The notes: a model not told the origin generated them from the sequence alone. DNA of 64,000 nucleotides from an uncultured Pelagibacteraceae bacterium (GCA_902614905.1 CACMMN010000001.1:32827-96826), one strand, 5' to 3'; positions 22,442-33,309 are shown, numbered from the stretch's first letter. Numbers and translations: made by a program.

Positions 22442-23669
22442 TAATTTTAAATAAAACGTGATTTTTTTTACCATGTGATAATTTTAATATATCATCTCTA
22501 AAATCATCTATAGTAATATATGATTTATCGTTATTAATAGTATTGTTATTAATTTTTATTCCAAGATTTTTTATTGCTCTTCTGGCTTCACTTTTTGATT
22601 TTAGTAATTTTGACATAATTACTACATCAATAATATTTATTCCGATATTAAGCTGATTTTTTTTTATTTTTATAACAGGTAGATCATCACCAAAAGATCC
22701 TGCTCTAAATGTCTTTTCTGCAGTTTCAGCGGCTTTTTTTGCTGCAACTTTACCATGTAACATTGAGGTAGTTTCATTAGCTAATAAAATTTTTAATTCA
22801 TTAATATTTTTGTTTTTTATGTTCTCAATTTCTGAGATATCTTTATCGGTAAACATCTTTAAAAATTTTACAACATCACGATCATCCGTATTTCTCCAAA
22901 ATTGCCAATAATCATAGGGAGATAATAAATTTTTATCTAGCCAAACTGCACCCTTTTCAGTTTTTCCCATTTTAGTTCCTGACGCTAAAGTGATCAATGG
23001 TGTTGTTAATCCAAAAACTTGTTCACCAGAGTTTCTTTTTATTAAGTCAACGCCATTAATAATATTTCCCCATTGATCTGAACCACCTATCTGAAGAACA
23101 CAATTATTTTTTTTGTTTAATTCTAAAAAATCATAAGCTTGTAAAATCATATAATTAAATTCCATATAACTTAAAGATTGTTCTCTCTCTAATCTTAATT
23201 TAACACTGTCAAAACTTAACATTTTATTTATCGTAAAATGTTTACCGATTTCTCTCAAAAATTTAATGTAATTTAATTTTCCAAGCCATTTTAAATTATT
23301 TACAAATATTGGTTTTGTTTTAATATTTTTTTTATCTAAAAAAATATCAAAAACTTTTTTTATATTTTTGATATTTTTATTAATTTCCTTGGTAGATAAT
23401 ATTTTTCTTGTTTCTTCTTTACCAGATGGATCTCCAATCATAGTGGTACCACCGCCTAGCAACACTATTGGTCTATGACCATATCTTTGAAGCATTCTTA
23501 AACACATTATTTGTAATAAACTACCTACGTGCAAACTTTGAGCTGTACAATCAAAACCAATGTATGCATTGATTTGTTTATCTTCCATCAAATTGTTCAG
23601 GTCTACAGAATTAGTGCATTGATTAAAATACTCTCTTTCTTTAAACTCAGATATGAATGAACTTTTCAT
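22434..23669 (-). CDS. tyrS: Tyrosine--tRNA ligase
   Basis: YIGFDCTAQSLHVGS, QIGGSDQWGN, KMGKT, C-terminal S4 domain. Confidence 0.98.
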   Translation of the reverse strand: MKSSFISEFKEREYFNQCTNSVDLNNLMEDKQINAYIGFDCTAQSLHVGSLLQIMCLRMLQRYGHRPIVLLGGGTTMIGDPSGKEETRKILSTKEINKNIKNIKKVFDIFLDKKNIKTKPIFVNNLKWLGKLNYIKFLREIGKHFTINKMLSFDSVKLRLEREQSLSYMEFNYMILQAYDFLELNKKNNCVLQIGGSDQWGNIINGVDLIKRNSGEQVFGLTTPLITLASGTKMGKTEKGAVWLDKNLLSPYDYWQFWRNTDDRDVVKFLKMFTDKDISEIENIKNKNINELKILLANETTSMLHGKVAAKKAAETAEKTFRAGSFGDDLPVIKIKKNQLNIGINIIDVVIMSKLLKSKSEARRAIKNLGIKINNNTINNDKSYITIDDFRDDILKLSHGKKNHVLFKITN

Positions 23670-23728
23670 TTTTTAAATTATTACTAATAATTCAATATAC
23701 TTATTTTAATTTGATTGAAAAATAAATT

Positions 23729-24856
23729 GTGAACAAATCTTTAAATAGTTTAGGCTTAATGAGCGGCACTTCTGGTGATGGTGTTGATGCTTCGGTAATC
23801 AATTCTGATGGCAAAAGACATTACAAAGTTTTGATAAACAAATACTTTAAGTATTCAAATGAAATCTCAGAAAATATCTACAAATTAAAAAGAAATATTA
23901 ATAAAATTGACGATGTAAAAAAATTTAACACTGAAATCAATGATTTAGAGAGAAAAATTACCTTATTTCACTCAAATGTTGTTTCATGCTTTACAAAAAA
24001 TAAAGATATTAAAGTTGATTTAATTGGTTTTCACGGGCAAACAATATTACATAATCCAAAAAACAAATACTCCAAACAACTTGGTGATGGAAACCTGTTA
24101 TCTCAACTTTCAAAAAGAAAAGTTATTTATAATTTTAGACAAAATGATTTATTACAAGGTGGGGAAGGAGCACCTTTGTCACCAATCTTCCACCAAATAA
24201 TCGTTAAAGAAAATAAAATTGACCTACCAGTTTGTATTTTAAATATTGGTGGAATATCCAATTTAACCTTAATTAAAGACTTGAAAGAAGAAAATTTAAT
24301 AAGCAAAGATATCGGTCCTGGAAACTGTTTAATTGATGAATGGATAAGAAGGAATAAAAAAGGCAACTACGACAGAAATGGTGAATTTGCTAACCAAGGT
24401 ATAACAAATAAATTGATACTCGATCAAGCTTTAGACGATTTTGAAAATATACCAGCTAGAGATATAAACTCTTTCGATATAAATGATTTCGAAATAAATT
24501 TTTTAAGAGGCCTTGATTTAGAAGATGGTGCTTCAACAATCACTGACTTTACAAGTAAAATTATTTCTAATAATCTGATAAAAATAATTTTAAAACATAA
24601 TCAAAATATTTCCAAAATAATTCTATGTGGAGGAGGCAGAAAAAACAAAACATTAATCGAAAGAATTAAAAGAGATAGTCATAATAAATTCAAATTTCAA
24701 ACAACCGATGATTATAAAGTTGATGGTGACTTTGTTGAGTCCCAGGCTTTTGCATTTTTAGCTATTCGTTCTTTTTTAAAACTCCCTATATCTTTTCCTA
24801 ATACAACTGGATGTAAATTACCTTCAACAGGTGGTGTTTTAGTAAAAAACTTTTAA
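23729..24856 (+). CDS. anmK: Anhydro-N-acetylmuramic acid kinase; GTG start
   Basis: GLMSGTSGDGVD, GFHGQT, GGEGAPL, NIGGISN, DIGPGN; divergent from tyrS. Confidence 0.95.
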   Translation: MNKSLNSLGLMSGTSGDGVDASVINSDGKRHYKVLINKYFKYSNEISENIYKLKRNINKIDDVKKFNTEINDLERKITLFHSNVVSCFTKNKDIKVDLIGFHGQTILHNPKNKYSKQLGDGNLLSQLSKRKVIYNFRQNDLLQGGEGAPLSPIFHQIIVKENKIDLPVCILNIGGISNLTLIKDLKEENLISKDIGPGNCLIDEWIRRNKKGNYDRNGEFANQGITNKLILDQALDDFENIPARDINSFDINDFEINFLRGLDLEDGASTITDFTSKIISNNLIKIILKHNQNISKIILCGGGRKNKTLIERIKRDSHNKFKFQTTDDYKVDGDFVESQAFAFLAIRSFLKLPISFPNTTGCKLPSTGGVLVKNF

Positions 24857-25509
24857 AATAAAGCAGATTCTTTTTGTATATACTTATCTAAAACTTTTCT
24901 TAGACTATTTTCAGATTTAGTAAAAAAATGATTAGCATCAGGTACAGATTGAAAATCAACTTTTATACCTTTTTGTGAAGATAATCTTTTGTTGAGTTCA
25001 TTAATATGATCAATTGGAACAAGTTCATCTTTTTTTCCATAAACCATTAATCCTGAGGTTGGGCAAGGTGAAAGAAAAGAAAAATCATATACATTAGGTT
25101 GAGGTGAAATTGAGATAAATCTATTTATTTCTGGTCTTCTCATAAGTAATTGCATTGATATTAATGAACCAAAAGAAAAACCAGCAACCCAACATTGTGA
25201 ATTATCGAAGTTTTCTCTTTCAACCCAATCAAGCGCAGCAGCTGCATCAGCTAGTTCACCTTGACCATTGTCGAACTCTCCATCACTTTTTCCAACACCT
25301 CTAAAATTTACTCTGCATACTGAAAAACCATTATCCATAAATGCATGAAAAGTTTCTACTACAACTTTATTATTCATTGTTCCTCCATATTGAGGATGAG
25401 GTTGTAATACTAAAGCGATGGGAGAAGTTATTTTTTGATTTTTATAATATTTTGCCTCTAATCTTCCAGCAGGTCCAGGAATAAATATTTCTACAATTTT
25501 ATTTTCCAT
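24853..25509 (-). CDS. Alpha/beta hydrolase, conserved divergent neighbour of iscR-suf
   Basis: GPAGRLE, PHPQYGGTMNN, GFSFG nucleophile elbow, DANHFF. Confidence 0.9.
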   Translation of the reverse strand: MENKIVEIFIPGPAGRLEAKYYKNQKITSPIALVLQPHPQYGGTMNNKVVVETFHAFMDNGFSVCRVNFRGVGKSDGEFDNGQGELADAAAALDWVERENFDNSQCWVAGFSFGSLISMQLLMRRPEINRFISISPQPNVYDFSFLSPCPTSGLMVYGKKDELVPIDHINELNKRLSSQKGIKVDFQSVPDANHFFTKSENSLRKVLDKYIQKESALF

Positions 25510-25510
25510 A

Positions 25511-25564
25511 TTTGTTAATGATAATTATTCTCAAAAAAATTTTTGTTAATGATAATTATTCTCA
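25511..25564. repeat. Two exact copies of the 23-mer TTTGTTAATGATAATTATTCTCA (25511-25533, 25542-25564), each containing a Fur-box-like 19-mer
   Basis: GTTAATGATAATTATTCTC matches the canonical Fur box GATAATGATAATCATTATC at 16/19; 31-bp period. Confidence 0.8.
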
Positions 25565-25621
25565 CAAAAAAACTTTGTTTATCATAATGGAGTGACAAAA
25601 TGCGAGTCTTTTTAATTTCAA

Positions 25622-25646
25622 AAACTTGACTATTTTAGTCGGGTAT
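25622..25646 (+). promoter_or_regulatory. IscR type-1 binding site overlapping the predicted -35 (TTGACT, 25626-25631) of the iscR-suf promoter
   Basis: AAACTTGACTATTTTAGTCGGGTAT matches ATASYYGACTRWWWYAGTCRRSTAT at 24/25; AT-rich -10 candidate near 25648-25655. Confidence 0.85.
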
Positions 25647-25673
25647 ATATATAAGTCGCATAAATTAAGGATT

Positions 25674-26096
25674 ATGAAGCTAAATACTAAATCAAGATAC
25701 GCTGTAATGGCCCTAGCTGACATGGCTGTTTTTTCAAATGATAACGCAGTTAGTCTAAGAGATATTTCATTAAGGCAAGGTATATCTCTTCTTTATTTAG
25801 AACAAATATTTTTAAGATTAAAAAAAAATAATATCGTAAAAAGTGTTAGAGGAATTAATGGTGGATATATACTTGTTAAAAGTCCTAAAGAACTAAAAAT
25901 TTCAGATATACTTATAGCATTAGATCAAAAAGTCAAAACAATTGGATGTAAAAAAGACTCTAAAAAATCTTGTAATGGTAAAAGCACAAAATGCATCACG
26001 CATAATTTCTGGGATGAATTAGATATTCATATAAACAGTTTTTTTGAAAACAAAAAATTAAGCGACTTACTAAAAAATAGAGAGGCAAGAATATAA
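25674..26096 (+). CDS. iscR: Rrf2-family Fe-S cluster regulator IscR
   Basis: MKLNTKSRYAVMALAD, YLEQIF, SVRGINGGY, three Cys plus His (CKKDSKKSCNGKSTKCITH); start re-called to ATG 25674 after AAGGA. Confidence 0.9.
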   Translation: MKLNTKSRYAVMALADMAVFSNDNAVSLRDISLRQGISLLYLEQIFLRLKKNNIVKSVRGINGGYILVKSPKELKISDILIALDQKVKTIGCKKDSKKSCNGKSTKCITHNFWDELDIHINSFFENKKLSDLLKNREARI

Positions 26097-27533
26097 ATGA
26101 GAGATAAACAAATAGAAGATTTAAAAGATTACAAATATGGTTTTTCAACCGATATTGAAAGCTTTAAAGCTCCAAAAGGTTTAAATGAAGATGTAATTAA
26201 GTTTATATCAAATATTAAAAAAGAACCTAAATGGTTGTTAGATTGGAGACTTAAAGCTTTTGAAAGACTAAAAGTTTTAAAAGAACCAGATTGGCAAAAA
26301 CCAAAATACCCAAAAATAGATTATCAAGACCTGTATTATTATTCAGCTCCAAAAAGCTTTAAAGATAAACCAAAAAGTCTTGATGAATTAGATCCAAAAT
26401 TGCTTGAAACTTATCAAAAGTTAGGAATTCCACTTAATGAGCAAAAAAGATTAAATGGTATAGCTGTTGATGCGGTTTTCGACTCTGTTTCTGTGGCTAC
26501 AACTTTTAAAGAAACTTTAACAAAACAAGGGATAATATTTTGTTCGATTTCTGAAGCAGTACAAAAACATCCAGAATTAGTAAAAAAATATTTAGGCACA
26601 GTTATACCTTTAACAGATCATTTTTTTGCAACACTCAACTCAGCAGTATTTACTGATGGATCATTTGTTTATATTCCACCAGGAGTAAGATGCCCAATGG
26701 AGTTATCGACTTATTTTAGAATTAATGCATCTGATACAGGTCAATTTGAGAGAACTTTAATTATTGCAGACAAAGGAAGTTATGTAAGCTATCTTGAAGG
26801 ATGTACTGCACCAATGCGGGATGAAAATCAATTACATGCTGCTAACGTCGAACTCATTGCACTAGATGATGCGGAAATAAAATATTCTACTGTTCAAAAC
26901 TGGTATCCTGGAGACAAGGATGGCAAAGGTGGAATTTATAATTTCGTTACAAAAAGAGGTCTTTGTAAAGGTAAAAATTCAAAAATTTCTTGGACCCAAG
27001 TTGAGACTGGATCTGCAATTACTTGGAAATATCCAAGCTGTATTCTAAAAGGTGATAATTCAATTGGTGAATTTTACTCAATTGCTATTACTAATAATCA
27101 TCAAAAGGCTGACACAGGTACAAAAATGATACACCTTGGAAAAAACACAAAGAGTAAAATTATTTCAAAAGGTATAAGTGCAGGTTTTTCAGACATGACT
27201 TATAGAGGGCTTGTAGATATTTCACCAAAAGCTACAAATTCAAATAATTTCACCCAATGTGACTCCTTGTTAATGGGTAATAAATGTGGTGCACATACGG
27301 TTCCATATATTAAAAATAAAAATTCAGATTCTAATATTGCTCATGAGGCAACAACGTCTAAAATTAGTGAGGAGCAATTACATTATTGTCAGCAAAGAGG
27401 ATTAAATCCTGAAGAAGCGGTTGGATTAATAGTTAACGGTTTTTGCAAAGAAGTATTACAACAATTGCCAATGGAGTTTGCAGTCGAAGCTCAAAAGTTA
27501 GTTGGAATTAGCTTAGAGGGGAGCGTTGGCTAA
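26097..27533 (+). CDS. sufB: Fe-S cluster assembly protein SufB
   Basis: [39 protein letters not shown]. Confidence 0.98.
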   Translation: MRDKQIEDLKDYKYGFSTDIESFKAPKGLNEDVIKFISNIKKEPKWLLDWRLKAFERLKVLKEPDWQKPKYPKIDYQDLYYYSAPKSFKDKPKSLDELDPKLLETYQKLGIPLNEQKRLNGIAVDAVFDSVSVATTFKETLTKQGIIFCSISEAVQKHPELVKKYLGTVIPLTDHFFATLNSAVFTDGSFVYIPPGVRCPMELSTYFRINASDTGQFERTLIIADKGSYVSYLEGCTAPMRDENQLHAANVELIALDDAEIKYSTVQNWYPGDKDGKGGIYNFVTKRGLCKGKNSKISWTQVETGSAITWKYPSCILKGDNSIGEFYSIAITNNHQKADTGTKMIHLGKNTKSKIISKGISAGFSDMTYRGLVDISPKATNSNNFTQCDSLLMGNKCGAHTVPYIKNKNSDSNIAHEATTSKISEEQLHYCQQRGLNPEEAVGLIVNGFCKEVLQQLPMEFAVEAQKLVGISLEGSVG

Positions 27534-28267
27534 TGTTAAAAATCAATAATCTATGTGCCAAAATTGATAGCAAATCTATTTTGCAAGATTTTAAATTAGA
27601 GATTAATCCTGGTGAAGTTCATGCAATAATGGGCCCTAATGGCTCAGGTAAAAGCACACTATCTAACATTTTATCTGGAAAAAAAGGATACGATGTTACA
27701 GGAGAGGTTTTGTTTGAAAACAATGATTTATTTTCATTAGAAACTGAAGAACGTGCACACAAGGGAATTTTTTTAGCTTTTCAGTACCCATTAGAGATAC
27801 CAGGAGTTAATACAAATGTTTTTTTAAAAACTTCATTAAATGCAATAAAAAAGGCAAGGGGCGAGAAAGAATTGGATGCAATACAGTTTTTAAAACTTGT
27901 TAAAGAAAAAGCAAAAGAACTTAAATTTGATAAGGAAAAATTAGGCAGACAACTTAATGTTGGTTTTTCTGGTGGAGAAAAAAAGAAAAATGAAATTCTT
28001 CAAATGTCTATTTTAAATCCAAAACTTTCTATTCTAGATGAAACAGACTCAGGCTTAGATATTGATGCTCTTAAAACTGTTGCAGATGGTGTTAATGCAT
28101 TAAGAAAGAAAAACAATTCTTTTTTAATTATTACTCACTATCAAAGATTACTTGAATACATCAAACCTGATTTTGTTCATGTCTTAATGAATGGAAAAAT
28201 AATTAAATCTGGTGGTCCAGAACTAGCACTCGAGCTAGAGAAGAAAGGATACGAAAATATTAATTAA
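27533..28267 (+). CDS. sufC: Fe-S cluster assembly ATPase SufC
   Basis: GPNGSGKST, FSGGEKK, DETDSGLDID. Confidence 0.97.
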   Translation: MLKINNLCAKIDSKSILQDFKLEINPGEVHAIMGPNGSGKSTLSNILSGKKGYDVTGEVLFENNDLFSLETEERAHKGIFLAFQYPLEIPGVNTNVFLKTSLNAIKKARGEKELDAIQFLKLVKEKAKELKFDKEKLGRQLNVGFSGGEKKKNEILQMSILNPKLSILDETDSGLDIDALKTVADGVNALRKKNNSFLIITHYQRLLEYIKPDFVHVLMNGKIIKSGGPELALELEKKGYENIN

Positions 28268-29515
28268 ATGGAAGAACAGTTAAAAATAGACTTTGAAAAA
28301 AAGTTAAAAGATTTTTCATATTCTGACCAGGAAAAAAAGTTTAAGGAGACTAACTTTAAAGAATTTCTTAAACAAGGTTTTCCTAATAGAAAGTTAGAGA
28401 ACTGGAAATTTTCTGATTTAAATCAAATAATTAAAAGTAATATTGGTGAGTTAACCTTTTACAACGATTATAAAAAAGAAAATCAAATCGATAAGATTGA
28501 ATTAATAAGCGAGTTAGAACATAATAAAATTATTATAGTTGACGGAAAAATTGAAAAAATTGATTTTAAGTTTGAGGATAAAGATAAAATTGAAGTTTTA
28601 GTTGAACAGGGTGAAGAAACTATTAAAGAAAATATTAATTCGCTAATTAACCTAAACAACGCTTTTTCCAATAAATTTTGCAAAATTATTATTAAAAAAA
28701 ATTATAGTTTAAAAAAACCCTTAGTCATTTATCATTCAACAAATAAAAATACACAATCAAAAAATACTAATTCGAGAATTGATTTTAAGTTAGAGGAAAA
28801 TGCATGTTTAAGACTAATTGATATTTTCAAAGAAAACTCAGAGAAAAATTTTCTTAATATTTATTATAATTTTCAATTAGATAAATCATCAATATTAAAA
28901 AACTATAAAATAGATAAATCAATAAATAATAATGTTAAATATTCTTATAACAATGTTAAGCAAGAGACTAACAGCATCTCTGAAACTTTTATATTATCTA
29001 GTGGTTCTAAATTTTTCAAAAATGAGATTAATTGTGATCTTCTAGGACAGCATTCTTCAGCTTTTGTAAATGGAATTTTTGATTTAGATGAAGAAAATCA
29101 TCATGAGATAAAATCAAATATCAATCATCTAGTTGAAAATACTAAAAGTTATCAACTAGTAAAAAGTGTATTAGAGAAAAAATCTAAAGCAGTTTATCAA
29201 GGAAAAATTTTTGTAAATTCTGAGGCTCAGAAAACAGATGGTTATCAATTAAGTAACGCTATACTTTTAAGTGAGAATTCAGAGTTTAATGCTAAACCTG
29301 AATTAGAGATTTATGCTGATGATGTAAAATGTTCTCATGGATCCTCATCAGGAAGTTTAGATGAGAACTCAATATTTTATCTAATGTCTAGAGGGTTAAA
29401 CTATCAAGAGGCAAAAAAACTTCTTATCAACGGTTTTTTATTAGATGTCATTGAAAAAATAACAGACGAAGAAATTAAAAATCTAATTAAAAATTTATTG
29501 GGAGTTAAAGAATGA
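28268..29515 (+). CDS. sufD: Fe-S cluster assembly protein SufD
   Basis: ENWKFSD, KPELEIYADDVKCSHG, FYLMSRG. Confidence 0.95.
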   Translation: MEEQLKIDFEKKLKDFSYSDQEKKFKETNFKEFLKQGFPNRKLENWKFSDLNQIIKSNIGELTFYNDYKKENQIDKIELISELEHNKIIIVDGKIEKIDFKFEDKDKIEVLVEQGEETIKENINSLINLNNAFSNKFCKIIIKKNYSLKKPLVIYHSTNKNTQSKNTNSRIDFKLEENACLRLIDIFKENSEKNFLNIYYNFQLDKSSILKNYKIDKSINNNVKYSYNNVKQETNSISETFILSSGSKFFKNEINCDLLGQHSSAFVNGIFDLDEENHHEIKSNINHLVENTKSYQLVKSVLEKKSKAVYQGKIFVNSEAQKTDGYQLSNAILLSENSEFNAKPELEIYADDVKCSHGSSSGSLDENSIFYLMSRGLNYQEAKKLLINGFLLDVIEKITDEEIKNLIKNLLGVKE

Positions 29516-30726
29516 GTTTAAAAGATATTAAAAAAGAATTTCCCATCTTTAATAATAAAATACAAAATAATGATCTTGTGTATTTAGATAGTGCAAATTC
29601 TTCACAAAAACCCCAGGTCGTTGTAGATAGAATTTATGATTTCTATACTAAAGAATTCTCAAATGTAGGAAGAAGTATTCATTATTTGGCTGTAGCAGCT
29701 ACTAATTTATATGAGAATACAAGAACTTTGGTTCAAAAATATATTAATGCAAAAGATAAAAATGAAATAGTTTTTACCAAAGGTGCAACAGAAGCAATTA
29801 ATTTAGTTGCAAATACATTTGGTCAAAAATATTTAAAAGAGGGTGATGAAGTTCTGCTCACAGAATTAGAACATCACTCAAACTATGTGCCTTGGCATTA
29901 CCTTAGAAAATCAAAGGGTGTCAAAATTAAATTTGCAGAAATGGATGAAAATGGAGATGTAACTTTAGAAACAATTGAAAAAAATATTACTGATAAGACA
30001 AAAATTATAGCTATCACTCACCTTTCAAACGTGACAGGTGCAATATTACCTGTAAAAGAAATTACAAAATTAGCACACTCAAAAAATATTCCAGTGTTAA
30101 TTGATGGATGTCAAGGAGCACCTCATTTAAAGCTTGATATGCAAGATCTTGATTGTGATTTTTATGCAATCTCATGTCACAAAATGTATGGACCTACAGG
30201 ATTAGGTATTTTGTACGCGAAAAAAAAATGGTTAGAAGAATTACCTCCCTATCAAGGTGGTGGTGGAATGATAAGAGAAGTTAAAAAAGAAGGAATTACA
30301 TTTGGGGAATTACCAAATAAATATGAAGCTGGCACAATGGCGACCGCTCAAGTAATTGCATTTGGAGAATCTATTAAGTTTATAAATAAAATTGGAATTG
30401 AAAACATTGAAAAACATGAAAGGGAACTAACTGTTTATGGCGAGGAAGTATTAAGAAAAAATAATTCTGTAAAACTTATTGGAAACCCTAAAGATAAAGG
30501 TTCAGTATTATCATTCACTTTAGACGGTGTTCATCCTCATGATATTGCAACTATTCTTGATGAAGATGGTGTTGCAATTAGAGCTGGCCATCATTGTTGT
30601 CAGATTTTGCATGAGAAACTTGGTTTATCAGCAACAGCAAGAGCCTCATTAGGAGTATACAATACTAAAGAAGATTTAGATCAACTCAATGAATCATTAA
30701 ATAAGTGTAAAAAAATATTTAGCTAA
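29512..30726 (+). CDS. sufS: Cysteine desulfurase SufS
   Basis: YLDSANSSQKP, EHHSN, SCHKMYGPTG (PLP Lys), RAGHHC. Confidence 0.96.
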   Translation: MSLKDIKKEFPIFNNKIQNNDLVYLDSANSSQKPQVVVDRIYDFYTKEFSNVGRSIHYLAVAATNLYENTRTLVQKYINAKDKNEIVFTKGATEAINLVANTFGQKYLKEGDEVLLTELEHHSNYVPWHYLRKSKGVKIKFAEMDENGDVTLETIEKNITDKTKIIAITHLSNVTGAILPVKEITKLAHSKNIPVLIDGCQGAPHLKLDMQDLDCDFYAISCHKMYGPTGLGILYAKKKWLEELPPYQGGGGMIREVKKEGITFGELPNKYEAGTMATAQVIAFGESIKFINKIGIENIEKHERELTVYGEEVLRKNNSVKLIGNPKDKGSVLSFTLDGVHPHDIATILDEDGVAIRAGHHCCQILHEKLGLSATARASLGVYNTKEDLDQLNESLNKCKKIFS

Positions 30727-30728
30727 CA

Positions 30729-31199
30729 ATGGACTTAAAAGAGCTTTATCAAGAAATAATTTTAGATCACGGAAAGAACCCGAGAAATTTAGGTAAATTT
30801 GAAAATTTTAATAAAGATGCTGAGGGTTATAATCCTTTATGCGGGGATAAAGTTCACGTTTATTTAAAATTAAATGAAGATAAAGAAATTGAAGATATAT
30901 CTTTTGAAGGACATGGCTGTGCGATTTCAATGGCATCAGCATCAATAATGACTGAATTAATGAAAGATAAAAAAAATCCTGAGGTAAAAGAAATCTTAAA
31001 TGATTTTTTAGATATGATTAAACAAAGTCCTGAATTAAAATCTCAATTAATCAAAGAGGACGAAAAAACTAAGCTAATGTCTCTTTCAGGAGTTAAACGA
31101 TACCCAATGAGAGTAAAGTGTGCTACTATTGCATGGCATGCTTTAGCTTCGGCTATGAATTATAAAAAAGATGAAAATAATAGTGAGAAATTTATTTAA
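30729..31199 (+). CDS. sufU: SufU (IscU-like) sulfur-transfer/scaffold protein
   Basis: LYQEIILDH, NPLCGD, GCAISMASAS, RVKCA. Confidence 0.92.
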   Translation: MDLKELYQEIILDHGKNPRNLGKFENFNKDAEGYNPLCGDKVHVYLKLNEDKEIEDISFEGHGCAISMASASIMTELMKDKKNPEVKEILNDFLDMIKQSPELKSQLIKEDEKTKLMSLSGVKRYPMRVKCATIAWHALASAMNYKKDENNSEKFI

Positions 31200-31201
31200 T
31201 T

Positions 31202-31501
31202 ATGGAACTTAAAGAAAAAATTATAGGGGAGATCAAAAAAATCTACGATCCTGAAATACCAGTCAATATTTATGATCTTGGATTAATTTACGATGTAAAA
31301 GTAGATGATAAAAATAATGTAGATGTAAAAATGACTCTTACTACCCCTAACTGTCCAGTAGCAGAAAGTTTACCGATGGAAGTTGAAAACACAGTTAAAG
31401 AAGTTAAAGAAGTAAATAAAGTAAACTTAGAGTTGGTATGGGATCCACCTTGGGATAAATCAATGATTACAGAGGCAGGAAAATTAGAGTTAAATCTATG
31501 A
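31202..31501 (+). CDS. sufT: DUF59/SufT Fe-S maturation protein
   Basis: DPEIPVNIYDLGLIY, MTLTTPNCP, WDPPW. Confidence 0.9.
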   Translation: MELKEKIIGEIKKIYDPEIPVNIYDLGLIYDVKVDDKNNVDVKMTLTTPNCPVAESLPMEVENTVKEVKEVNKVNLELVWDPPWDKSMITEAGKLELNL

Positions 31502-31827
31502 CGCAAGTAATTAAATTAAGCGATAAAGCAGCTGATAGAATAAAAGAAATACTTTCAGAAAATAAAGATTCATTAGGTGTAAGGATTGGCGTAAAGAGCG
31601 GTGGTTGTGCTGGAATGTCTTACATCATGGAATATGCTAAAACTCAGGAACCAAATGATGAATTAATAGAAGACAAAGGTGTTAAGGTTTTTATAGACCC
31701 AAGTGCAATAATGTATCTTCTTGGAACAGAAATGGATTACAAAGTAGAAGAGTTCTCATCTTCATTCGTATTCAATAATCCAAACGAAACTGAACGTTGT
31801 GGATGTGGCGAGTCTTTTAAAATATAA
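31498..31827 (+). CDS. sufA: A-type Fe-S carrier (SufA/IscA)
   Basis: GGCAGMSY and CGCGESF. Confidence 0.9.
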   Translation: MTQVIKLSDKAADRIKEILSENKDSLGVRIGVKSGGCAGMSYIMEYAKTQEPNDELIEDKGVKVFIDPSAIMYLLGTEMDYKVEEFSSSFVFNNPNETERCGCGESFKI

Positions 31828-31831
31828 TCAA

Positions 31832-33238
31832 CTAACAGCTGTAATACATCTCAAATTCAATTGGATGTGGAGTATGTTCAAAATTATGAACTTCTTCCAT
31901 CTTCAATGAAATGTATGCATCAATCTGGTCGTCTGTGAAAACACCACCCTCAGTTAAGAATTTTCTATCCTTATCTAAACTCTCCATTGCCTCTCTTAAA
32001 GAACCACAGACAGTTGGGATTTTACTTACTTCCTCCTCTGATAATGCATAAAGGTCTTTATCAAAAGATTTACCAGGATTAATTTTATTTTTAATTCCAT
32101 CTAATCCAGCCATTAACATAGCAGCAAAAGTTAAGTAAGGATTTCCAGCAGCATCACCAAATCTAATTTCGCATCTTGCAGCTTTTTTACTTAAAGTTAT
32201 TGGTATTCTACATGAAGCTGATCTATTTCTTGCAGAATAAGCTAATAATACTGGTGCTTCAAATCCAGGAATTAATCTCTTATAACTATTAGTTGTTGCG
32301 TTAGAGAATGCGTTGATTGCTTTAGCGTGTTTTAAAATTCCACCGATATAATTTAAAGCAAGATCCGATAGTCCAGCATATTTGTCACCTGAAAATAATG
32401 CCTTGTCACCCTTCCATATAGATTGGTGTACGTGCATTCCAGAACCATTATCACCTTTAACTGGTTTAGGCATAAATGTAGCTGTCTTGCCAAATGAGTG
32501 TGATACCATGTGAACGGCGTACTTATAAAGTTGCAAATTATCTGCTTGATCTACAAGTGTTCCAAAGTACATACCTAATTCGTGTTGGCTTGGTGCTACT
32601 TCATGGTGATGTTTTTCAACTTTAATACCCATGTCCTTCATTGCTTTTAAATATTCACTTCTCATATCTTGAGCACTATCAACCGGTGGCACTGGGAAAT
32701 ATCCACCCTTAATACCTGGTCTGTGACCCATGTTACCGTTGTCGTAGTCTTTACCTGTATTGTAAGGACCTTCTGTACTATCTATTTTGAAACCTGTTTC
32801 ATTCATGTCGTTTTTAAACTTAACGTCATCAAATACAAAAAATTCCGCCTCAGGACCAAAAAATGCTTTATCGCCTATACCTGATTTTTTTAGGTATGCT
32901 TCAGCTTTTTTTGCTGTTCCTCTTGGATCCCTTTCATAAGGATCTTTTTTAATTGCATCTAAAATATCGCAAAAAATATTTAGAGTATTATGAGATGTAA
33001 AAGGATCTACAATTGCTCTTGATAAGTCTGGTTTTAAAATCATGTCAGACTCGTTAATTGCTTTCCAACCTGCAATTGATGAACCATCAAAAAATATTCC
33101 TTCTTCCAACATATCACCATCAACTACTTTGGCATCCATAGTAACATGTTGAAGTTTTCCTCTAGGATCAGTAAATCTTAGATCTACGTATTCTATTTCT
33201 TTATCTTTAATTGTTTTAAGTACGTTATTTGCGCTCAT
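31832..33238 (-). CDS. glnA: Type I glutamine synthetase
   Basis: [32 protein letters not shown]; adenylylation-site Tyr retained (KDLYAL). Confidence 0.98.
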   Translation of the reverse strand: MSANNVLKTIKDKEIEYVDLRFTDPRGKLQHVTMDAKVVDGDMLEEGIFFDGSSIAGWKAINESDMILKPDLSRAIVDPFTSHNTLNIFCDILDAIKKDPYERDPRGTAKKAEAYLKKSGIGDKAFFGPEAEFFVFDDVKFKNDMNETGFKIDSTEGPYNTGKDYDNGNMGHRPGIKGGYFPVPPVDSAQDMRSEYLKAMKDMGIKVEKHHHEVAPSQHELGMYFGTLVDQADNLQLYKYAVHMVSHSFGKTATFMPKPVKGDNGSGMHVHQSIWKGDKALFSGDKYAGLSDLALNYIGGILKHAKAINAFSNATTNSYKRLIPGFEAPVLLAYSARNRSASCRIPITLSKKAARCEIRFGDAAGNPYLTFAAMLMAGLDGIKNKINPGKSFDKDLYALSEEEVSKIPTVCGSLREAMESLDKDRKFLTEGGVFTDDQIDAYISLKMEEVHNFEHTPHPIEFEMYYSC

Positions 33239-33309
33239 AATGTTATCTCCAAATTTTCTGGATTAGTATCAAAAATAATTATAACTTAATCCTGATATAA
33301 ATTAATATC

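Noticed and set aside
25511-25590. Direct repeats as a mini-CRISPR
   Set aside because: Only two copies, 8-bp spacer, no cas genes; better explained as operator sites
25626-25673. Track N-terminal extension of IscR from TTG 25626
   Set aside because: That TTG is the predicted -35 within the IscR site; homology begins at ATG 25674
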